Assembly: GCA_009691445.1 (NCBI GenBank)
Contig: SICL01000008.1
Coordinates: forward strand, 1 to 63,939
DNA: 63,939 bases
From: Candidatus Taenariivivens baikalensis
GTDB taxonomy: Bacteria; Omnitrophota; Omnitrophia; Omnitrophales; Aquincolibacteriaceae
Direction: 5' to 3'
Part shown: positions 35,820 to 43,499 of the stretch, one piece after another
Layout of the letters: each line of letters opens with the position of its first letter
How positions within the stretch are numbered: the stretch's first letter is position 1
Made by a program: the position numbers and the translations under genes
The notes under the pieces: generated by a model
Told to the model about the DNA's origin: nothing
Databases searched by the model: none
Seen by the model: only the letters and a program-made list of their open reading frames with translations

Positions 35820-35908
35820 CGAGGAACAAGGGACGAAGGGCGAGGGACGATGAAAAAATTGCCTGCTTACTTCCGTCGCTCGTCCTTTCGTCTTTTCGTC
35901 CTTCGTGC
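35820..35908. repeat. Heptamer-word hairpin between tRNA-Gly and tig
   Basis: Left arm gaggaac aagggac gaagggc gagggac. Right arm cgtcgct cgtcctt tcgtctt ttcgtcc ttcgtgc. The arms are complementary apart from G/A transitions. Confidence 0.7.
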
Positions 35909-35911
35909 TAA

Positions 35912-35985
35912 TGGAGCGAGTGGAGGGAATCGAACCCTCCTAACTGCCTTGGCAAGGCAGCGCATTACCACTATGCTACACTCGC
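35912..35985 (-). tRNA. tRNA-Gly(GCC), CCA encoded
   Basis: Minus strand reads gcgagtg-ta-gcat...ctgcc-ttGCCaa-ggcag...gaggg-ttcgatt-ccctc-cactcgc-t-cca. Confidence 0.9.
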
Positions 35986-36057
35986 AATGAATTTAATAAA
36001 AAAACGCCAAAGCGAAGAGGTATTCTAGGCAAAGAGATAGGGTTTGTCAATAAAGCC

Positions 36058-36615
36058 TTAACCCTTTTGAGCAAAAGAAGATAACCTCTGAATAAAACCG
36101 TCGTAACGCGCGCGCGAAGGATGCGACCGAGTTATAAACAGCTGTTTATTCTTCATCTCGGAAAGAAGTCCCAGCACAAATTTCTTACGTTCCTCGAAAG
36201 GATTGGCACAGCCCCAGGCAAGAATGATCATCTCGGATTCCTTCAACGCCGCCTTGATCGCAGAATTATTTTTTGAACCAATCTCGTGCGGCAATCCTTT
36301 GAAGAGATTGGTCTGAATAAACGCAAACTGATTCACCACAATCAAGCGGCTCACATTTTTAAATTCCGGAAGGCTTTTCTGGAAGACTACCTTTTCCATG
36401 AACTGGACGGACTTGTCCGCGAATTCCACGCACGCGTAACTTGGATTCTGCATCACCACACAAGCGGTTTTTCCTGAAGGAAAAAAATCCTTGATCATCA
36501 CTTCAAGACGGTAGCGGTAACGCAAACCGTTTTCTTCGGAGAACTGCGCTGTCACCTTGACTCCGTCAATGTGATTGTGCCGCATCACACGCGGACGGAC
36601 TTGGAGTAGTTTCAC
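36058..36615 (-). CDS. DUF1643-like protein
   Basis: RYRYRLEV...CVVMQNPS...LIVVNQFAF...MIILAWG matches the pattern I recall for DUF1643. Confidence 0.55.
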   Translation of the reverse strand: MKLLQVRPRVMRHNHIDGVKVTAQFSEENGLRYRYRLEVMIKDFFPSGKTACVVMQNPSYACVEFADKSVQFMEKVVFQKSLPEFKNVSRLIVVNQFAFIQTNLFKGLPHEIGSKNNSAIKAALKESEMIILAWGCANPFEERKKFVLGLLSEMKNKQLFITRSHPSRARYDGFIQRLSSFAQKG

Positions 36616-37118
36616 TTTCTTAAAAAAACCGCAATGCGGAGTTTGGTTTTGGAAGCGCCTTTTTGCTGCACACGCACGACGAGGTACGGCGCGCGCACTT
36701 CCACTTGCCGCAGGGCGCGGCTTTTAAACGCGTTCATCGCGGTATTGACTTCAATAATATTTTGACCGCCGCCGTCAAAACCCTTCGACACCAGCAGCGG
36801 ATATTTCGATCGTCCTTTGTTCTCTCTGATAATATTCGAATCCAGATAAAAAAAATTATTCAGGGTAAAATAAATTTCTTCTTCCGTGGATTGCACGTTG
36901 GGATCAAGTAGTTTTTCGGGCGGGCTCTTTTCAACCAGAATCATCGCGTAGCGGAAACTCGAAACATCAATCGGAGCAGAATCGTAAGCTTCTTCCGGCC
37001 CCAGCTCAAGCGCCGGTTCAATCTCAACCGTCTTACTGAAGGAAGCATCTTCGGCGTGCACACACGGGGTCATCAAAAAAATCAAAAGCAGAATAACGCC
37101 GATTTTTTTTCTCATCAA
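36612..37118 (-). CDS. Secreted hypothetical protein
   Basis: 168 aa, signal peptide IGVILLLIFLMTPCVHA, 4-nt overlap with the downstream gene. Confidence 0.6.
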   Translation of the reverse strand: MMRKKIGVILLLIFLMTPCVHAEDASFSKTVEIEPALELGPEEAYDSAPIDVSSFRYAMILVEKSPPEKLLDPNVQSTEEEIYFTLNNFFYLDSNIIRENKGRSKYPLLVSKGFDGGGQNIIEVNTAMNAFKSRALRQVEVRAPYLVVRVQQKGASKTKLRIAVFLRK

Positions 37119-37128
37119 AATCCCTTTT

Positions 37129-37214
37129 GATTTCGGAATGGGAATTGCGGATTTCGGATTTTGGTATCCCTTCGGGATGATCTAATCCGCATTCCGCAAT
37201 CTGAAATCCGCAAT
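37129..37214. repeat. AATCCGC-word hairpin, copy A, immediately 3' of tRNA-Leu
   Basis: gatttcggaatgggaattgcggatttcggatt...aatccgc attccgc aatctga aatccgc aat. The 65-nt core at 37150-37214 is about 95 percent identical to 37307-37373. Confidence 0.8.
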
Positions 37215-37220
37215 GGACAC

Positions 37221-37302
37221 TGCGGCTAGAGGGACTTGAACCCCCATTCCTTTCGGAACCAGATCCTAAGTCTGGCGCGTCTGCCAGTTTCGCCATAGCC
37301 GC
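37221..37302 (-). tRNA. tRNA-Leu(TAG)
   Basis: Minus strand reads gcggctatggcgaaactggcagacgcg-ccaga-ctTAGga-tctgg, then a long variable arm, then gggggttcaagtccctctagccgca. Confidence 0.88.
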
Positions 37303-37306
37303 GTTC

Positions 37307-37373
37307 GATTTCGGATTTTTGGTATCCCTTCGGGATAATCCTAATCCGCATTCCGCAATCTGAAATCCGCAAT
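37307..37373. repeat. AATCCGC-word hairpin, copy B, immediately 5' of tRNA-Leu
   Basis: gatttcggatttttggtatcccttcgggataatcctaatccgcattccgcaatctgaaatccgcaat. Confidence 0.8.
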
Positions 37374-37378
37374 AAAAC

Positions 37379-37422
37379 TGCGCCCTGTAGGGATCGAACC
37401 TACGACCCAGTGATTAAGAGTC
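37379..37422 (-). pseudogene. 3' fragment of tRNA-Lys, from the anticodon stem/loop to the 3' end; a perfect 44-nt copy of 37500-37543
   Basis: tgcgccctgtagggatcgaacctacgacccagtgattaagagtc is identical at both positions. There is no matching 5' half upstream. Confidence 0.85.
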
Positions 37423-37499
37423 CCCGCCCACCTGCCTCAGGTGGGACGGGTCCGTCCTTCCGCTTTGCGGAAGGCGGAACTTGCTTACCAAAAAATAGA

Positions 37500-37572
37500 T
37501 GCGCCCTGTAGGGATCGAACCTACGACCCAGTGATTAAGAGTCACTTGCTCTACCAACTGAGCTAAGGGCGC
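37500..37572 (-). tRNA. tRNA-Lys(CTT)
   Basis: Minus strand reads gcgccct-ta-gctcagttggtagagc-a-agtga-ctCTTaa-tcact-gggtc-gtagg-ttcgatc-cctac-agggcgc-a. Confidence 0.9.
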
Positions 37573-37807
37573 ACGAAACCAAATAGCGTCTGCCAGCTCC
37601 AGACTTCAAATATTTTTCCCGGTGCAGCGCTTCTTTTCTTGAAGCGAACCGTTCTGTATAAAACAAATCAAAAGGCCGATGCTTTCGCGTCCAAACATTA
37701 CAACCACGGTTGTGTTCCTCTAATCGCAGCTGGGGCGATTTGCGAGTAAACCCAACGTATCTCTTCCCATCCTTTTGACTTTTAAGGACATAAACATAAT
37801 ACGTCAT
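37535..37807 (-). CDS. GIY-YIG nuclease family protein (UPF0213-like); its 3' end overlaps tRNA-Lys by 38 nt
   Basis: MTYYVYVLKSQKDGKRYVGFTRKSPQLRLEEHNRG...REKYLKSGAGRRYL. The last roughly 13 codons and the stop lie inside the tRNA. The ATG at 37807 is preferred over the longer track ORF. Confidence 0.75.
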   Translation of the reverse strand: MTYYVYVLKSQKDGKRYVGFTRKSPQLRLEEHNRGCNVWTRKHRPFDLFYTERFASRKEALHREKYLKSGAGRRYLVSCALSSVGRASDS

Positions 37808-37964
37808 AAATCCGAGCTTCCGTCTCGCTTTTGCGAGGACGATCCCAATTCGAGCGCTTGGTGACAATTTGGTGTCAATCCAAGGATTGCTAAGGAGGTG
37901 AGAGTATATCGAAAAATGATGCGGATGGGTAGAGGGAAAAATCATTGCGGAAATTAACCTAAGA

Positions 37965-38936
37965 TTAGTTTTCCCTACCTGATGCTTTCTTTAGGAAATC
38001 AAGAAATTTAGGATGAACGGCTGATCCCATTTCTTCTACTTTATGCACATCTGCCCAAGCCTTATCATATTCTTTTGCTGCAAAATGGGCAACGCCGCGG
38101 TTCTCATAGGCCTCTGTGTAATTAGGGTTTATCTCAATGGCTTTGGTGTGGTCAGCAATGGCTTGTGCGAACTTGCCTTGCTTAGTATAAGCGAGACCAC
38201 GGCTGTAATAGAAATCTGCGTGGCCAGGATTTATTTCAATAGCCTTGTTATGATCAGCGATTGTTTGAGGAAGGTTGCCTTGTTTAAGAAAGGCAACGCC
38301 GCGATTATAGTAGGCATCTACGTAGTTAGGATTTATTTCGATAGCCTTATTATAGTCAACGATAGCTTGCATAAAGTTGCCTTGCGTAGCGTAATCAAAC
38401 CCACGGTTGTTATAGGCCACTGCATTGATAGGATTTATTTCAATGGCCTTGCCATAATCAGAAATTGCTTGAGAAAGGTTGCCCTGTTTATGAAAGATGA
38501 CGCCGCGGCTGTAATATGCATCACTATATTTAGGATTTAGTTCAATAGCCTTATTGTAGTCAACGATGGCTTGCGTGAGGCTACTTTGCTTAGAATAGGT
38601 AACGCCACGGTTGTAATAGACTTTTGCATCATTGGGTTTTATTGCGATGGCTTTAGCAAAGTCAGAGAGAGCTTGAGCGAAGTTACCCTGTTCGTCATGG
38701 ACAATCCCACGATTGTAATAAGCCTCTTCCAGGTTAGGCTTCATTTCAAGCGCCTTGGTAAAATCAGAAACGGCTTGAGCGAAGTTATGTTGTTTGGCTT
38801 CAACAACTCCGTGATTGAGATATTCTTCTGCGGTTTCAGCATAAACAAAAGAAACGCTTAAAAATAATACCCCTATTAAGGCACCCATTATTATTTTGGA
38901 ACTCTGAAATTTCATTTTTATCCTCTGAGGCTCCAT
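37965..38936 (-). CDS. Secreted tetratricopeptide-repeat protein (about 8 tandem TPRs)
   Basis: 34-aa periodicity with the pattern A..DY.KAIEINP....AY.NRG......GN..QA repeated throughout; N-terminal signal/TM. Confidence 0.88.
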   Translation of the reverse strand: MEPQRIKMKFQSSKIIMGALIGVLFLSVSFVYAETAEEYLNHGVVEAKQHNFAQAVSDFTKALEMKPNLEEAYYNRGIVHDEQGNFAQALSDFAKAIAIKPNDAKVYYNRGVTYSKQSSLTQAIVDYNKAIELNPKYSDAYYSRGVIFHKQGNLSQAISDYGKAIEINPINAVAYNNRGFDYATQGNFMQAIVDYNKAIEINPNYVDAYYNRGVAFLKQGNLPQTIADHNKAIEINPGHADFYYSRGLAYTKQGKFAQAIADHTKAIEINPNYTEAYENRGVAHFAAKEYDKAWADVHKVEEMGSAVHPKFLDFLKKASGREN

Positions 38937-39208
38937 CTAATTGAACTAAGAACACCTAAAAATTTAAAGTCCATGAATTCCACTCTAAGACAAAAATCCC
39001 TACAGTCGTGCTGTGATTCTTCAAAAAGTCGAGCGGTGCTGAATCGGACCCGCCCCGTCAGTGACGTATGCTGCGGAAAATAAGTAAAAAGTGCAAGAAA
39101 AACTAAAAGGCTCGCATCTTATGATCAGCGCTGAAGTGGTTCTATCGCGGTGTCACAGGTTAGGAACTCCTTGATAGTTCATAGGAGACGCTCTATTATG
39201 CGATCATT

Positions 39209-39961
39209 ATGAAATACGAAAATAAAATAAAAGAGATTGATGGGTTGAAAAAAGAGATCGACAAACATCGCCCTCTCTCACCCAAAGCGCTTGCACAATT
39301 ACAGGATTATTACCGGGTTGGGCTGACCTACTCCAGCAACGCACTTGAAGGTAACTCACTTACCGAGACCGAGACAAAGGTCGTGATCGAGGACGGCATC
39401 ACCATCGGCGGAAAGCCGCTTAAAGATCATTATGAAGCGATGGGTCACAGCGAAGCATTCACCCGCCTTTACCAACTCGCCAAAAAGAAAACGATCACAG
39501 AAAAAGACATCACCGGTCTGCATCATTTATTTTATTACAGGATAGATGAAGCCCGGGCCGGAAAATACCGGAAAGAGAAGGTCATTATCACGGGGTCCAG
39601 CTTTGTTCCACCGCCGCCTTCTGAGATCGCACGCCTGATGAAAAAATTCATGAACGCTCTCCCGAAACTCCGGAAAAAATATCATCCGGTCGAATTTGCA
39701 GCACGTCTGCATCAGGAACTGGTGACGATCCATCCCTTCACGGATGGCAACGGCAGGACAGCCAGACTCCTCATGAATCTCGCTCTTTTGCAAACGGGCT
39801 ATGCCATTACCATGATTCCGCCTGTCGTGCGGAGCGAGTACATCAATGCCCTCAAGAAGTCCCAGACCGGCACGAAGGATCATCAGCCCTTCATTAATTT
39901 CATTTCCAGTATGGTTTATGAATCCATGAAGGACTATAAGCGTCTCTTGAATGCTCTGTGA
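39209..39961 (+). CDS. Fic/DOC family protein
   Basis: HPFTDGNGRTARLL Fic motif; 250 aa. Confidence 0.92.
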   Translation: MKYENKIKEIDGLKKEIDKHRPLSPKALAQLQDYYRVGLTYSSNALEGNSLTETETKVVIEDGITIGGKPLKDHYEAMGHSEAFTRLYQLAKKKTITEKDITGLHHLFYYRIDEARAGKYRKEKVIITGSSFVPPPPSEIARLMKKFMNALPKLRKKYHPVEFAARLHQELVTIHPFTDGNGRTARLLMNLALLQTGYAITMIPPVVRSEYINALKKSQTGTKDHQPFINFISSMVYESMKDYKRLLNAL

Positions 39962-39974
39962 CACCCCTCGTTAG

Positions 39975-40853
39975 TTACTGCCGATAGATTTCTTTGATTC
40001 CTTTGGTCATGATCAGAAAATTTTCACGGTTGGTCGTGAAGGTCTGATTGGTGAGGGACAACCCTTCAAATTCCTTGTTCAGAAACTCCATCCGTTCCTG
40101 GGAAATCGGGCGCGACTCATAGTAATCCGTAAAATAGGGCCGGATCTCCGGCTTCGCGTTTAGGAATTTATGCTGCAGATCAATCAATCCTTGCGGATCG
40201 TATCCCGCCTTCACCATATAAGAAAGCGCGCGCTGGTCCGCTGCGGTTAATTTGTTTTCCGGGGTCGGTTCGCGGGCATCAGCCGTGGATTTGATCATGG
40301 CCAGCCCCACGATCGCCAATGCACCGAATTGCCCAAACGCCGGCGCGATCATCGCTCCCCCGTTCACAATTGACTCCAGGATTTTTTTGCCGCGCGAGAG
40401 CTTGGGATCGTGATACTGAAGCTCTCCGATCTCGTGAGCCAGTACCGCCGCAAGCTCGGATTCATTCTCCAGAAAATAAATCATTCCCGTGGTGAGATAC
40501 ACATGACCTCCGGGCGCGGAAGTCGCGTAAATCCGGTCATTATAAAGAATGAAAAATTGGTACGGGAGATCTTTGCGTTCCGCGTATCCCGCCAGATTTT
40601 TTCCGATCTTATTAATGTACTCGAGCGCTTGAGGTTCCGTGTAAGGACGGAACGAGCTCAGGATTTCATCATGAATTTTCTGGCCAATGACGGCTTCTTC
40701 CGAAGAAACTTTTGGGACGGTTCCCCAAGCAGGGACTTGAGCACTCTTTTCAACAGATTTGGAAGGAGAGGCACAGCCGGAAAAAAAGATTAAGAAGGAT
40801 AAAAAGCAGCAGAAAAACCTGAAGAGAAAATCATTCGATCTTGATTTCACCAA
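39975..40853 (-). CDS. M48-like lipoprotein with a degenerate zinc motif (HEIGE instead of HExxH)
   Basis: Lipobox FFSGCAS. LAAVLAHEIGELQYHD sits where M48 has HExxH, and MVKAGYDPQGL where M48 has AGYDP, but the upstream Glu ligand is not evident. Confidence 0.55.
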   Translation of the reverse strand: MVKSRSNDFLFRFFCCFLSFLIFFSGCASPSKSVEKSAQVPAWGTVPKVSSEEAVIGQKIHDEILSSFRPYTEPQALEYINKIGKNLAGYAERKDLPYQFFILYNDRIYATSAPGGHVYLTTGMIYFLENESELAAVLAHEIGELQYHDPKLSRGKKILESIVNGGAMIAPAFGQFGALAIVGLAMIKSTADAREPTPENKLTAADQRALSYMVKAGYDPQGLIDLQHKFLNAKPEIRPYFTDYYESRPISQERMEFLNKEFEGLSLTNQTFTTNRENFLIMTKGIKEIYRQ

Positions 40854-40865
40854 GGGGTGACCTCC

Positions 40866-41225
40866 TTAAGCCGCAAGACTGGCTTTGATCAGGTGAGATT
40901 CTGGATCAAAATCTACCAAGCATTTCATCGAAGTCACAAATTCTCCGATAGCCTGCTCGGAAAAACTTTCCATCGGATAAAAATGTCCCAGCCATTCGCG
41001 GAAAACCAAAAGTTCCCGAAGCAAAGAAGTTTCGCCCTGAGCTTCGATCGTTAAGTCGATCAGTTCATAAGCGCGGTCGAGAGAATCCTTCACGGCAGCC
41101 GCGTCGCCTTGTTTCATCCAGTTTTTAGCGCGGTTCATTTCGGATGCAATATTCAGCACCTGATGAGCAAAAGAGAATTGCTTCCAGTCTTCGAAGCTCA
41201 TTCCCTTATGAAAGCGGATCTTCAT
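40866..41225 (-). CDS. Small helical hypothetical protein
   Basis: 119 aa; 4-nt overlap with the upstream 115-aa gene. Confidence 0.5.
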   Translation of the reverse strand: MKIRFHKGMSFEDWKQFSFAHQVLNIASEMNRAKNWMKQGDAAAVKDSLDRAYELIDLTIEAQGETSLLRELLVFREWLGHFYPMESFSEQAIGEFVTSMKCLVDFDPESHLIKASLAA

Positions 41226-41566
41226 GCGAGCAGTTTCTCCGCAATCGCTTTTACTTTTTGGCGCAAAGCAGGATCCTGGATTTCCATAGCCATATTCTTT
41301 AATCGAGGACGGATATTAATCATTGACGTATATTCGATTCTTAAATCTCCCTCTTTATCCGGATACCAGTTTCCTCCCCACAAATTTTCCTGAAGCGAGC
41401 CTTTTCCCAAAAGAAGTTTTTCTCCGTCCGCGTGCAGTTTTCCTCCCAAGGCCATCGCGCCTGTATGGATATCGACGACGAACTTGATCATCTGGTCAAA
41501 AGGCCAGCCAAGATGTTTTCTCATCTCTTCCTGGGAGATTTTTTTATCAATAATTTGAATCATCAT
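41222..41566 (-). CDS. Small hypothetical protein
   Basis: Start at the ATG at 41566 (MMIQIIDKK...). The track's longer N-terminus is a translation of tRNA-Arg. Confidence 0.5.
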   Translation of the reverse strand: MMIQIIDKKISQEEMRKHLGWPFDQMIKFVVDIHTGAMALGGKLHADGEKLLLGKGSLQENLWGGNWYPDKEGDLRIEYTSMINIRPRLKNMAMEIQDPALRQKVKAIAEKLLA

Positions 41567-41579
41567 TTGTTCCTTAAAA

Positions 41580-41653
41580 TGCGCCCGGTAGGACTTGAAC
41601 CTACAACCCTTTGCTCCGAAGGCAAATGCTCTATCCAATTGAGCTACGGGCGC
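41580..41653 (-). tRNA. tRNA-Arg(TCG)
   Basis: Minus strand reads gcgcccg-ta-gctcaattggatagagc-a-tttgc-ctTCGga-gcaaa-gggtt-gtagg-ttcaagt-cctac-cgggcgc-a. Confidence 0.88.
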
Positions 41654-41796
41654 GAAATATTATCCAACTTCAAAAGTAATAAACGGCAAAAACATTTCTG
41701 CCTATCTTCCGCAGACTGTCCAGCGGACAGCTCCTTCGCCAGAGGCGAATCCGTCCATCAGCGGATTCGCCTCGCGGACGAATCCGCCTCAGGCGG

Positions 41797-41833
41797 AGAA
41801 GGCAGATGCTCTATCCAGTTGAGCTACAAGCGC
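41797..41833 (-). pseudogene. 5' fragment of a tRNA-Arg(TCT)-like gene, broken in the anticodon loop
   Basis: Minus strand reads gcgcttgtagctcaactggatagagcatctgcc-ttct, then unrelated hairpin-rich sequence. It differs at several bases from the adjacent tRNA-Arg(TCG). Confidence 0.7.
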
Positions 41834-41840
41834 ATAATTT

Positions 41841-42794
41841 TTATTTTTTATTTTCAAACACAAGCGCCAGAGCGCCGGTGTGGCCTTTTAACTTGGTGCG
41901 GACAATCTTGACCGCGCGGAATGCTTCGGGCCAGGCGTGAGCTCGAACACTCGTCATCATTTTTTTAAAAAACAAAGGAGGCGCGGAACTAAAAACGCCG
42001 CCGCCCAGAATGAGCTTTTCAGGATTCAAAATATTGAGAAGATTCGCCAGTCCGATTCCAAGATAATAGCCTCCCCGGGCATAAGCTTCAAGGGCCAAAA
42101 CATCTCCTGCTTTTGCCGCTTTTCCTAAAACGCGGGCTGTAAGAGTTTCTCCGGGTGAAAGTAAACCCGTGACCTTGGAATATTTTCCTTTTTTAATTTC
42201 GGCAGCGGCAAATTTGGCCATCGCCGTTCCGGAAGCGTAAGCTTCAAGGCAACCTTTGTTTCCGCAAAGACAAGGATCTCCTCCGGAAACAATGACCATG
42301 TGACCAGATTCCCCTGCTGAAAAACTCGCGCCCTCCAAAAGTTTCCCCCGAGAAAAAATTCCGGAACCAATTCCCGTACTTACCGTGAGATAAATGAAAT
42401 TTTGAAGGCCCTTCCCTTGTCCAAAAACATTTTCCGCCACAGCCACAGCCTTGGCATCATTCGCCATTCGAACCGGAAGATGAAACTTTGATTCTAGGAT
42501 TTTTTTGAGTGGAATTCCTTCCCAACCCGGCAGGTTAGGAGAATGAGGGACCGTCCCCTTAACAGGATCCACCGCTCCGGGAATACAAACGCCGATGCCT
42601 CGGAGTTTTGTTTTTTTTTGGCGGGCAATTTCGATAAATTTTGCCGTAACAACTTTGATTTGATCGACACTCGTTCCAGCTAACCTTCCGGTGTGAGTGG
42701 GGATTTCTAACGAGGCAATCTGTTTACCCGAAGGAAGTCCGAGACCAACAGCAATCTTGGTTCCACCGACATCAATACCAATAGCTGAATTCAT
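41841..42794 (-). CDS. ROK family sugar kinase (glucokinase-like)
   Basis: GIDVGGTKIAVGL and the zinc motif CLCGNKGCLEAYASG. Confidence 0.88.
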   Translation of the reverse strand: MNSAIGIDVGGTKIAVGLGLPSGKQIASLEIPTHTGRLAGTSVDQIKVVTAKFIEIARQKKTKLRGIGVCIPGAVDPVKGTVPHSPNLPGWEGIPLKKILESKFHLPVRMANDAKAVAVAENVFGQGKGLQNFIYLTVSTGIGSGIFSRGKLLEGASFSAGESGHMVIVSGGDPCLCGNKGCLEAYASGTAMAKFAAAEIKKGKYSKVTGLLSPGETLTARVLGKAAKAGDVLALEAYARGGYYLGIGLANLLNILNPEKLILGGGVFSSAPPLFFKKMMTSVRAHAWPEAFRAVKIVRTKLKGHTGALALVFENKK

Positions 42795-42821
42795 GGATGG
42801 TTATCAGAGTGTCCTAAAAAA

Positions 42822-42894
42822 TGGGCAGGGAGGGAATTGAACCCCCGACACAGGGATTTTCAGTCCCTTGCTCTACCGACTGAGCTACCTGCCC
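42822..42894 (-). tRNA. tRNA-Phe(GAA)
   Basis: Minus strand reads gggcagg-ta-gctcagtcggtagagc-a-aggga-ctGAAaa-tccct-gtgtc-ggggg-ttcaatt-ccctc-cctgccc-a. Confidence 0.9.
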
Positions 42895-43499
42895 GGAATT
42901 TGCTTACTGATGCCCACCACAAATCGTCGGCGGGTCCGTCCAAAGATCTCGGCGATTTGTGGACGGGTCCGCCTCGCTCTTTGGCGGAAACGGAGTTAGG
43001 TCAAGCACTTCAACCTCGCTCGATTCCTCGTGGGGCAACTGTGCCCTCTTTGTGCCCCGGCTGGAGGCCACACGATACAAGTTGGAATGTAAAATGTCAA
43101 GAACCTCATGACATTTCTGGGGGCTTAAATACGAATACCGTTTGGGGAGGGTGAGTTTTTTGGGTGGAGGGCCCTCAGGCCCGGCATTGCTCGGCAAGGA
43201 AGCGCTTGAAAGACTTGGAGTTACAACAAGAGGTATTGAATCTACCTCTACCGCGGGGGATTATTCTTGCGTAGAGGGTTGGAAATTATGCAACTTGCTG
43301 GATACGCTGTTCAGACCGGTAGGACTGAATAATAGCTTCGATGACTTGACCATTTAGATTGGGCCGTGGTTAAACAGATTGTGTAAATTAATGCCGTGAG
43401 AAAACAAGACAGGGCCAAGATTCTTGAATCAAAGCAGCACGGCAGGAAGGTATTGGAAGAAGTGATAGATAGAGCGGGCCTGAAGTATTGTGATTTTTT

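Noticed and set aside
34754-35911. 385-aa + strand ORF
   Set aside because: It lies fully antisense to tig, is F/L/R-rich and low in complexity, and has no recognisable motif. It is a shadow ORF of a well-supported gene.
37379-37499. Partial tRNA-Lys considered as an intron-containing or split tRNA gene
   Set aside because: The upstream 78 nt offers no acceptor 5' strand, D-arm or anticodon-stem partner (gggga does not pair with tcact). It is a 3' fragment only.
41654-41833. tRNA-Arg 5' half plus downstream sequence considered as an intron-bearing tRNA
   Set aside because: A ggcag that could close the anticodon stem exists about 110 nt away, but no T-arm or acceptor 3' strand follows it.
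42904-43197. Minus-strand ORF with LPKRYSYLSPQKCHEVLDIL considered as a tyrosine-integrase remnant next to tRNA-Phe
   Set aside because: There is only a vague resemblance to the LT.EE...LL stretch of integrase N-termini. The rest of the ORF is a translated hairpin element, and no catalytic R..H..R..Y region exists.
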